This document shows positions 12,888 through 23,490 of a DNA stretch of 56,391 nucleotides, piece by piece. Made by a program: the position numbers and the translations under genes. This stretch comes from Tubiluchus corallicola (taxonomy: Eukaryota; Animalia; Priapulida), in contig JAQGDQ010000255.1 in NCBI GenBank assembly GCA_030141605.1, forward strand, positions 1-56,391, read 5' to 3'. Position 1 is the stretch's first letter. Every line of letters begins with the position of its first letter. The notes under the pieces were generated by a model. It was not told where the DNA came from, searched no databases, and saw only the letters and a program-made list of their open reading frames with translations.

Positions 12888-13541
12888 CTAAATAGTAAAA
12901 AGCAACTGTCTACAGTCTCTAAACAACTTTCTGGTAAGATCTGTATTAGTAACAGACTACTTTGCAATAAATTTTAGCTGTTTTTTGATTAAAAGCTCTA
13001 GGGCAGTGCTGACACCCATTACGTTTCGGCATTCATAATGAGAAATTTCTTGCTATAAAATAACCCCAGTAATTAACAAAACAATGTGTTTGTTATACAA
13101 TGCAAAGAACACAATAACCTTTGACCCATTTTCATTTATATTATAGTTATCTTAGCCATCAGACCTTTCTTATTGTTCTGCACTGTGTAGTCGTTAGTTA
13201 CAATGTATTTTATTTTCTCTATAACTGATTTTAACTTTTTTACTAATCAAGTTTTACAACAATGCTTTTATGTAATATTAATTAGAATGTTCTTTATATT
13301 TTATATTAATTATTTTACACTTTTTACTTCTACGCACTGTAAACTGTGCAAAGAAAAACCTCATTTACTAGGGACTGTACATGTAATGTTAAAATAAATA
13401 AGTAAATAATTATTGAAAGCAGCCATTGCCACACAAGCAGGGCAACATATCCAAAGAAAGCCAAAAAGTAAATGTTGAAATGACTACTACATGACAGAAT
13501 AACTATCGAGGAAAAAAGTCTAAGCAACTGTGCTAATTTAC

Positions 13542-13905
13542 CTGGAAAATGTGGATTGTCTGATGTTGTACAGACAACACAGCCAGCTTGTCTTTATATA
13601 GGTAAAGACCTTGATTGTGCGACAGGAATATTTTATCACATTTAAAACGTCTGGTATCACAACAAAAACCAGACGAAAGTTCGACTAGGTGCAGAGCATA
13701 GTCCTCCAAGGGTGATTTCTGACTGGGTGTTAAAGATTCGTTGTTTTGGTACATCTCGTTGGCGTGAGGAAGCGCGTCGTCCGGAATGTACATACTGCAT
13801 CCGACAATGACGTAGTTACCGTCGTCGGTAAACAAGCTACATTCACGGTTCAAGTGTTCACCAGTGTGTGTCGCCACCGGAGTAACACGTCTGTTTTTAA
13901 AAAAC
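13542..13905 (-). CDS. DET1: DET1 coding exon 4
   Basis: (R)[28 protein letters not shown]...PLEDY...[35 protein letters not shown]. Confidence 0.96.
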
Positions 13906-14394
13906 CTATAAAGTACACAACTGTTTTAGTTAAGTCACGTATTCCCTAATGTGAGCCAACATTGCAATTTAGCAGAATATTTTCCAAAAGAGTAACACTA
14001 TTTATGAACAACACGCATTCTAAAACAATAAAAATATTAATTAATGTAAGCAATAGAACTTGTTTGTATTCATACTCCAGTGCATGAAAACATGAGGTCT
14101 AATAAGGTAACACTTGTAAATAAATGAATCGAAAAAACTAGGTGACAGGTAATCGTTGTTAAAAATTCACTTGTTTTGCAAATATTATGGCTAAATTGTG
14201 CGCACATTTACAAATGCGCCCATTTTGGTACAGTTTAAAATAAATTCTGCAGCAAAGTCATTTGAAAATTGTTTTTGTAATTCAGACTTTTGCGTTCCAA
14301 ATTGCGTATTTCATTTTATATCATTTCCTATTCTGTTATCGTAATGTAATTTTAACTGATTTTAAGTAATGTGTACTTAACTTAGAAAAGTAAA

Positions 14395-14400
14395 CTATTA

Positions 14401-14461
<61 letters not shown>

Positions 14462-14468
14462 TACTATT
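14395..14468. repeat. (TTA)n microsatellite, left flank of MITE
   Basis: Near-perfect TTA array. Confidence 0.95.
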
Positions 14469-14469
14469 G

Positions 14470-14928
14470 CAGTAGGAGCCGCTTAATAAACACATGGTTA
14501 ATAGACTCAGTCGCTTGACTCAAAAACGCCTGGAACGGCCGCTTCTATTCAAATGTACATAAAAACTGTCGGTAATTGACTCAAATAACTCCGCTTAATT
14601 GATTCAATATTTTTCCCTCTCAACTTAAAAAAAATGTTTGTATGTGCCCAAAGGGCCTTTCCTACTTTACTTCCCTTTTGTGTACTACGTATGCAGAAAC
14701 AATCATATTAAGTACCGTTTTGTTTGTAAGCAGGTACGTTTGTCATGCGCTAATACGCTAGCTTAGCTGTTTCGTTTCTAAAATTCATTAAAATCGTTGC
14801 AGTGCATAGTAAGCTGATGACTCATACTTCTATACCTGTAATACTACACACATCGGTTAATAGGTTCCGTCGGTTAATTGGGTCAAAACACGTTAGTCCG
14901 AAAGTGAGTCTATTAAGCAGCGCCACTG
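14470..14928. mobile_element. pogo/Tigger (Tc1/mariner superfamily)-like MITE
   Basis: TIRs CAGTAGGAGCCGCTTAATA / TATTAAGCAGCGCCACTG; TA on the right and TG on the left; repeated CGsTTAAT subterminal motifs. Confidence 0.75.
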
Positions 14929-14990
14929 TATTATTATTATTATTTACTATTATTATTATTATTATAACTATCATTATCATTATTATTATT
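14929..14990. repeat. (TTA)n microsatellite, right flank of MITE
   Basis: Imperfect TTA/TCA array. Confidence 0.9.
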
Positions 14991-15132
14991 AACACGGCAT
15001 TTAAAAAGGATGAGAATCTTAGTATTTCTGTAAACAACTTCTTATTTCTCTATGTACTAAATTTATCTAATCCTCAACATATTTATATACAAACAACATC
15101 AAAAATTAAAAGTTGACTCTGAATGCACTTAC

Positions 15133-15242
15133 CTGTGAAAGATTCTGTTTTTGAGCACCGTGTACCTGGTGTCAGCATCATTAGTTGTATGCAAAAATTC
15201 TCCTTCATATCTCCGCAGCATGTCCTCTGCAGCTGCCGGGCC
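15133..15242 (-). CDS. DET1: DET1 coding exon 3
   Basis: GPAAAEDMLRRYEGEFLHTTNDADTRYTVLKNRIFH(R); matches AAEDLL..YEGE; GTAAGT donor. Confidence 0.92.
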
Positions 15243-15527
15243 CTAAAGCAGAAGTAATAAGAAACTGAAAAACGACATTTGTTTTATTACTATACACGCA
15301 TCTAAGAACAGGCTGGGAGTCCAGGTGGCCGGGGAGGCTACCGGCTGGGATGCAGGGGCGAGTCCCGTTCTCTCCCTGGAGCTAACGTTTTTATGAATAC
15401 TGAAAATAGATAGTCTTGGCAGCAAGCTGGCAACTTAACTAGGTGTCATTATCAGATTTTTAAATACAAAGAGTATTTCATTAATTCAGAAACTAGACAG
15501 CAAGACAAATTTCAGTTTCAGAGTAAC

Positions 15528-15694
15528 CTGATACTCGTAGATCTCCAGCGACGTCTGATCTGACGAGAAAGCAATAAAGTAGCGTCCATCAGGGCTGAAT
15601 TTCCGCAAGAAGCAAGGTGGTATTTCCACGTTGACGACAGTGAAGTTGGGAAATACATTTTGATGAAGCTTCCTTGCCGCAAGAAACTCTGTAC
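15528..15694 (-). CDS. DET1: DET1 coding exon 2
   Basis: (G)[55 protein letters not shown]. Confidence 0.96.
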
Positions 15695-16293
15695 CTAAAC
15701 ACAGATATCAAAAAGTGCCAAAATGTGGAGATTTGATTACCTATAGCATCAGCATTAATAGCTTCACAGTTTGTGCTAAATGATAATAGCTCTTTGATTA
15801 TTTTTCGCTCAAGACACTTGGAAGTGTAATTTTTTATATAGCAGAAACCATAGCTAAAAGTAAAAAAGATCTGACTGTTGTGTCCTGTGCATCCTTTCCA
15901 TGAAGACGACGTACACTAATTGGAGATTTTGAGCCCAATCTTTTATGACTGGCAGGTATAGAAACACTTTTGTTCCCAGTAGTGCGTTTATAATTCAATT
16001 TTAATTTATTGAGTTAACCATTAACATTCACAAATCATTACTATTATTATTCAATACATATTTACAAAATATTAATGATAAAAAAACTATAACATAAATT
16101 ACTACAACATTTATATACAACAATCAGGCTGATGCTATTTTAAAGTCAGCCTATTTTGCTTGGTAACCTCACTTATTATGTTGAGTGTACTACTGAACTT
16201 GTTTTTGATAGCTCTGTCTTGTGTCTAAATTGTGTATAACCGTGCCTAATAGTTGTGGAGATTTTTGTCTTCATTTATTCGTTTTTGTTGTAA

Positions 16294-17884
16294 AAGAGCG
16301 CGTCCGCGAGAAGACCATGCAAAATCGAAAAATTCCGGCACAAGGCTAGGTAACCGATTCGGACCAAAGTTCGGGTATGAGGTCCACTAGTCACTAGTAT
16401 TCACTATGTGAATCCGCTTGGCCCAACTCCTCATAGTAGCAGAGGTACGGCATAGGCCGATTTTCATGAAAAAATACCTATTTTTCTCTATTTTTTACTC
16501 ATATTTGAAGGATTAGCCATGCAGCAACCACTGAGTTTGAACAGATCTGACTCTGCACAGTATTGGATCTTGTTATCTTCTCCAAAATGACTTTTCGACT
16601 TTTGTTCCAAACCCCCCTCTTTCGGCTCTACTGGGGGTCTTTAAGCTCACATTACGTGCAAGATGCAAATACTCAGTCATTTCAAAGTCTTATATCTCAC
16701 CCACTGCGGGGGCGGGGACAAAAATATCGATATGTATGTGAATAGAGCATCCCATCCCACTATGCTGCAGTGACAATTTCGATGGAGCGAATTTCCACCC
16801 TATAGTAAAAGACCCCTGAAAGAGGCATATATCAGGGTGAAAATATAGTAAGAACGTTCATCAAAAAGCTTCGTGTAGGTAAACATGAGTTGTCAAATCT
16901 TGTCAAAATACTTCAAAACATCATAAATATTCATCTTTGGCAACTGGGGGCCTGGCCAGCACATTGGTTAAACTACCCGACAGGATTGGACTCCAGCATT
17001 CAAGATGGCGGCCACTGCTGAACTAAAATGTTCGTTTTCTGGGCTGTTTACCAGCGTTAAATGCGACATTGTGACTAGTTATCCGCAAGAAACGAATATT
17101 GTGAATCTATTAGCCTGTACTAAAGACACTAGACCGCATTTAGAGCGCTTCCAATCTTAAAAAAATGAAATATCTACGGAATGGAAATTGCTTCTTGCAA
17201 GGACTGGAAAATGTTTTATGTACTGTTTATTTTCTATGCTTTGTAAATGTTATGTACAGGTTATTACCTAGTTATTACTCATTGTCTTACACATGCGTAC
17301 AAGCCAGGACACAAAGAAAATTGCCCTAAATCTGAACGAAAGCCCAAAAAATATGGGACAGACTTGATATCATTTGTACTGTGATTTTTAGACTGTAAAA
17401 CATCGAAAATTTTTGTGCCATTGGCGCAATCATTCAATCACACTATTAATATTTTTTGTCAGAAGTATCGATTTTGTGCCACAAATAAATTTTGGGCGAA
17501 GAAAAATTTTCTGTGCTAAATATCACCGCCATCCCCCTAGAAGCGACCCATACGCTTATATTGTCTCATGTTTAGACTGTAACATTTTCACTTTATCACT
17601 TTCCCCATGATATATTTGTCTATATTTCTGTATCTATCTTCTAGTGCTAATCTACCTGCATTGATAATTCTTTCTCTATTGTTTAGATATTATGGTTTTG
17701 ATTATTTGTACTACTCTTCAGTGATAGGATTATGCTGCTACAATAGGAACAGTATTTTGGACTTAGAGAAATTAATTCTGACTGAGTTTTGTAGTTTTTT
17801 TCATTTTTGTACTGATATTCATATTCTTCTATGTATAGCCATGAAGCTTATTCATATAAAAAGTATAAAAAATGAACGGATTTC

Positions 17885-17923
<39 letters not shown>

Positions 17924-19056
17924 AAGTGTTGTCAGATTCTTTCGCTAGCAATGACTCTCAATCTTAACAATCGGTACTTCTTTTCTATTAGAGGGCTTAT
18001 TGTTTAGTCTTTCCTGGTATCCACTAGCGATTCAGTGTGTAGAGAATGCCCTGAATCAGGGTCGGACTCGGTACTAGGGGCATGCATGATATCCTTTCCA
18101 GAAATCCATCAGAAGAGGCAATTATTCATATTTGTAGTCATATGAAAATTCCGACATAAACTAAACCAATTTAAGATGAAATTCGCAGATTTCTAGTAAT
18201 TTCCATGGCAAAGGAATCTATTGCTACTAGGAAATGAGAGCACTAGTCACAGAAAATGCAGGTTAAACGTAGCTAAATGCCTACTGTCATATAACGACCT
18301 GAGCCAAGTATGTCTGCTTTTTACACATGGACGGAGTTACTATGGAAAGTAAAAAAGTGTGTTGATATGGTAATTTTTTCTAACAGTGCCCCCTCTATAT
18401 AATGTCATTCATGATATTATCTCAGCTCGTGCGTTTTCATGAAATTTAGAATACAGATTTGTCACTTATAATCCAGCACATAGATAGAAAAAATATTGAA
18501 AAACTACAAAAAAGGCGAATTTTGCTGATTTTTGTGAAATTTTAAAGTGCCAGTACTAAATACTGAAACAGGCTCCAGCGAATTTTCTTTTTTATATTAT
18601 TAATGAGGATGATGGTTAACACATACATGAAAACCAGAAGTTCTGTAGCCCCGCAGTGGGCGAGTTATGAGTCTTACAACTTAACCTCTCCCTGGACTCT
18701 TAACAAAGAGCCGAATTTGAAAAATCCCGTTCTCTGATACTATTAATAGTATGTCAGAAAAAGTTAGGATATCAGAAGACAATGTCTGGGTCTATGTACC
18801 AGCCAACTTACATCGAGCCATCTATAATAGTTTCTACAGGAGAAAAAGTTAAAATAACCCCCCAAAATAGCGATTTTTTGCCTCTTTTGAGGTCAATTTC
18901 TTGATGTGGTCATTTCTCTGCTAATAGTAGCTCGATCGATTTGATATCTTGGTTACATGGTTTTTGGGGGTCGCCGTTCATGTTAGAAAAAAATGATATA
19001 AATTCGTCACCCCTCATGTGCCACCCTCTGCATGGTGCTCTCGCGGACACGTTCTT
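16294..19056. mobile_element. About 2.76-kb non-autonomous TIR DNA transposon (superfamily uncertain: Kolobok- or Sola-like)
   Basis: 28-bp TIRs AAGAGCGCGTCCGCGAGAAGACCATGCA / TGCATGGTGCTCTCGCGGACACGTTCTT; TAAA/TTAA-like flanks; an additional internal inverted pair near 16695 and 18650; no intact transposase. Confidence 0.8.
17888..17921. repeat. (TA)n microsatellite
   Basis: About 16 TA units. Confidence 0.95.
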
Positions 19057-19274
19057 AAGATAACACAATTTATTTTGGGTACTAATAGAAATCTTAATCT
19101 TAATCTTAAAGTTATAACTGATTCTTATAAATTATTCTAAAACTGAATGCACTTATAATGTACACAAAAACTGTTTTAACAATCACTCATACTCTTAATT
19201 GACACTAAACGTGAATGTATTACTTATGTTGCACCATTAAAATAGTTTACACTTTTGAAATTTGAATTTGTTAC

Positions 19275-19377
19275 CTGGCTTGGATGCATGAGTTGCTCTT
19301 CTGTGCAGCCGATATACGATATTCTGGTTGGGAATCTTCCGGGAAATGAAATCATAGTCAGGATGTTGAGTAAACAT
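19275..19377 (-). CDS. DET1: DET1 coding exon 1 (start codon)
   Basis: MFTQHPDYDFISRKIPNQNIVYRLHRRATHASKP(G), matching the DET1 N-terminal R.I.NQN...RL.RR; an AG acceptor 4 nt upstream of the ATG implies further 5' UTR exon(s). Confidence 0.9.
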
Positions 19378-19819
19378 TGCACTAAAATATATAAAAATAT
19401 GGCTAAAAACAGATAAAAAAATGAAAAATTTTGTTGTGTCAATTATGTTATTATGTAACACGAGTTACTGAAATTGCGCAATTTCTCAAATGGTTCTGGA
19501 ACACCAGTAGGAGATGACGCACCTGTCGTATAAATGTACAACAAAGCCAAGTAACAATAAAATGCATGCAGTCAATGTGTTCCAGGAACAACAGACATCT
19601 GTGGCTTTTCTCTCTGAGCCTTGAATTTTATGCTAGAAATGTTTTCAACTCTTTATAAAACAAATAGATGCTGCACACCATTTCATAGTACAGTACTAAT
19701 CTGTATATAACAAGTTTCAGGGCATTGTCAAAATTTGCTTGCTATAAGTGAATTTCATTGCAGCTGAAATCAATTGTTTTTTAAGGTGTATGTGCAAAAT
19801 AGAACTAAAAGCAATGAGG

Positions 19820-19960
19820 TCTGTTGGGAAGTAATGAGTAACTGTGTTATTTTAATCAGATTACTTTTTGCTGTATAAAGTAATGTATATCACCATTACT
19901 TTTTTGACAGTAATGTTTTACTAAATCTACATTACCTGTCCAGCTAAGAACAAATTTTTC
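19820..19960. mobile_element. Partial hAT-like MITE end (GTAATCAGATTAC-type family), copy 1
   Basis: Similar to 21021-21180: GTTGG.AGTAA...TAATCArATTACTTTT...GTAATG..ACTAAATCT.CATTAC. Confidence 0.5.
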
Positions 19961-20103
19961 AATGGCTTATTTTTCTCTTCCAAATTCCCCTGGGAGTTAC
20001 TGATTATTTACTAGTCGTTGTAAATTTCAGTAATTTAATAGCTAAAGAACACCAAAGTAAATATTTCAACAAAGTTTTTTTAGTCAGTGGCTTAAACCTT
20101 TAA

Positions 20104-20703
20104 AGGAAAATGGACTTTTCATATCACACCAATTTTGAAGCACGCTAAAAAGTATACATTTTAATACCTACAGAAATAATGCCAAACCGTTTCTGATAAT
20201 CAAATAATAGGTTAAAAACTTAATGATTAGCAAGCCCAGTTAGTGATGGTGTTACAACTGGACATAATTTTTAACAGCACAAACACTCCATGAGCGTGTT
20301 TGCAAAAGTGAAAAATGAAATACAGTACTATAACACAAGATCAGTGTGATATACAAAAACTAGGCAAATTTCAAGTTTAAAATTAAAATTTCAAATTTAT
20401 CGCTGCGCTCACACACGATCTTTTGAACATGTGCACTGCGTCATAACTAAACACCTCTGAACTGGGAGGTACAGCACCTATTTTTCGTGCAGCACATTTC
20501 CGAAATGCAGGCCCTGTGCCCATCTTACATGATGGCGAGATGCACGTAACAGCGAAGAACTAGCCATGAGAACACGAAATTACGTTCCTGTGGTAATAAT
20601 TCTTTCGGGTAAGTAATTCTTGAAAAAATTGTATGTCACCCTTTCAATATATTACAGGGTGGACTGTTTTGAGCTATAGTATAAGATTAGGTCCAGTTTT
20701 TCT
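20104..20703. mobile_element. Kolobok/T2-like MITE, copy 2
   Basis: TTAA|AGGAAAA ... GTTTTTCT|TAAA; colinear with 250-851. Confidence 0.72.
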
Positions 20704-21020
20704 TAAACTACATATCAGCATCCTAACTCTGTTATTGCCGGTATGTTTAAGATGTAAAATCTAATATACATACAAGTCTCCATAAAGCCGCCAGCAAGTT
20801 GATTTTCTAAATCTCTGCTGTGATTTATTTGTGATGATGTCTACTGATGGCTAAGTGTAATTTGCATGAGTGTATCTTATCCTTGGTGATGCAGTATATA
20901 CTGTAACTTTTACGCAAGCACATTTTAAGTCTTTTAGAACTCACTCTTGTTAGATGCAGAGAATGTACAATCAGAGATCAGGTAAATTAAAATCCATGCT
21001 CGCTGTAAAAAAGGTTAAAA

Positions 21021-21180
21021 CAGTGTTGGTAGTAACACATTATTGTAATCAAATTACTTTTTTATAGTAACGAGCAACTACTCTGTGTTTAGTTTTGTAA
21101 TCAGGTTACTCGTTATTATCACGGTAATGCTACTAAATCTGCATTACTTATCTATCCAAGAATAATATTTGAAACTTAGA
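21021..21180. mobile_element. Partial hAT-like MITE end, copy 2
   Basis: Starts CAGTGTTGGTAGTAAC; GTAAT/ATTAC subterminal repeats; similar to 19820-19960. Confidence 0.5.
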
Positions 21181-23259
21181 ATGTTTTAATGGTTTAACCG
21201 CCTTCTTTTTGTTTATTTCTGCCATGCAACAACTGTATGCACACAACACACAGCAGTTTATTATTTTGCTCAAATAATGACCTTATTTGACATTCGAATG
21301 TGTGATAAAAGCTGAATGTTTTATACACTCAATGCTTGGTCACGTGTACATTCCATAGAACAATGTAGGTAGCTCAGTAAAGTAACGGCATGAACGCTAT
21401 TGTGTGTATTTGTTGTAATGGATACGAGTGAAGCAGGAGCTTTTGGCAGGGTTATATTAGCATCATTTTTGTATACTGCTATAGATTTCAATACAATGTC
21501 CTTCACTACACCTGAAATTGGGAGACTAAAGCTGCAGCAGTCTGTACCATTGAAATTTTCTAACAACATGTCAGTAAAAATTTTGCAGTAAATTTTGCCT
21601 GAAGATTGTAGTGTGAACTAACCAAATGAGAGGTTTAGGAATACTACAGAAGCATAGCTCTGATTTTACTAAACACTTTTCACTAAAGCATCACTCAAAC
21701 TTTTGAGTTATCACTCTTCCTGTTCATACTTAATGAAATATGTTAAGTGGCACCGTCAAGTCAACTCTGATAATGTAGCACAGCAAACCCAGTGGCACCA
21801 ATATTCCAAACTGTTGACATAATGTGACATTATACTACTGCACCTTCAACAACTTTTATGAACATCACATCGAAGGATAAAATGATAAAAAGCACAGGAC
21901 AAGGTAAGTAGCTATAGCAACATAGATTTATAATCTAATCACACTTGTTACAAGTTCTGCAGCAAATACTGCCAAGCATTGATCAATATATATATATATA
22001 TATATAGTACTTTGTCAAAAACTTTTGACGAGTGTAGGTTTCTAAACAATAATAATTTACACTAATCAAAACAAATAAAACTTGCATTTTTTATATCTGA
22101 GTTAGGGTATTCTTGCCTCGGGTAGTGCTTCAGCATCGGTCTTAAAATCAGTGGTTTCTAAACAAAACAAGATTATCAAACTTATAACATTTACTAGTAA
22201 AAGAGAACATGCAGCACCTTTGTATTTGCAATTAAATCTACTAAAAGTATATGATCTGTATAAATTAGAGTTGGTCAAGTTTGTATATAAATTAAAAAAT
22301 AATTAACTCCCGGATCTCTTCAGCAATTATTATACTTTAGCATGTCACATACGTCACCATTTTACTAGGTTTACTACTACCCAAACTTATTTTATTGAAA
22401 GATTTAATTCATCTAAAGGCCAGAATTCTTTAAAACACCAAGGATCTTTGCTGTGGAATTCATTATCAGAAGAATTAAAGTCAAGTAACTACAATAAGTT
22501 AATTCTAAACTATAAAAAACAACTTACTGCAGGGTACAAATGAATGTGATTTTACTTATGTACTTGGAATACCTATACATTTTTTTCATTGTTACAACAC
22601 TTTAAGTTTTTGCTATATTTTGATTTCATTTTGTCTTATTTACAGTTGATTTAGTTTTCGATGGTTTAATTCATTATATTCTCTTTCTCGACAGCTTTAG
22701 TCATTGATGTTATTATTACAACATTTCGGTTTTGCTTTTTATTTGCTTCTGTTTTTTGTTTTGTTTTGTATGATTTATATTTACCTTATTTTCCCTTGGT
22801 TTAATTTATTATATTCTTTTTCTCGACATCGTTGGATGACCATTCTACTGTTTTTTTTTGTTTTTTGCCGGATTTTGAAGTTAATACTCAAATTATGCAT
22901 TTTGTGTTATGTTAAAAATCTTAAGCTATTTTTATTTTGTTTGCTTCACATATTCACAGTATTTTGGAATTGTAAATTTTTGGTTACTGTAATGTTCTAC
23001 AGTATTGCGTTTCCCATCATTTAATTGCCAATTACACACGTCAACAGAATTCAAATTTAAATTGAGAATGGTGCCAAAATTAATTTTATTTAATCGTAGG
23101 TATTTAAGGGTGGCTGACTAGATAACCTGTGGGTTCTTTGCTGCCCTTCTCCTTTGTTACATAACATTGCATGTATTCCTAACACTGTATTTTGATAATT
23201 CTTGCGGAGTTAATAAATAAATTGAATTAAATTATAATCAGTTTAACTGGCCAAGTTAC

Positions 23260-23490
23260 CTGCTAATTTCAAATCATCTAGCTCCTAAAGCGAGTAAAGG
23301 GTCTGGGAATTATATGGAGTTCTCACAATTAACCATAATGACGAAGAACCTCGAATCCTTCCTAATCCTAGTGCCTTTCTAATCTTTTGAATTTTATTTT
23401 TCATATTTTAAAGGCAGTAAAGTACTTAGACATTAAGTGTACTTTCGTCACTGTCATTACGTCTATTGTAGACATTGGGCTGGCAGAACT
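23260..23490 (-). other. Candidate non-coding 5' UTR exon of DET1
   Basis: Strong minus-strand acceptor CTTTTCTCTCTGCTTTCTTTCATTTTAG and donor CAG|GTAACT; DET1 coding exon 1 has an acceptor and so needs an upstream exon. Confidence 0.5.

Noticed and set aside
14802-15116. ORFs with poly-Ile/Asn runs (also 3485-3719, 17607-17948, 22704-23024 and 30573-30755)
   Set aside because: Translations of microsatellites, G runs or T-rich low-complexity DNA.
15326-15350. GGCCGG...CCGGCTGGG resembling P1 of the HDV genomic ribozyme
   Set aside because: Only 8 nt lie between the strands, leaving no room for P2/P3/L3, so the nested pseudoknot cannot form.
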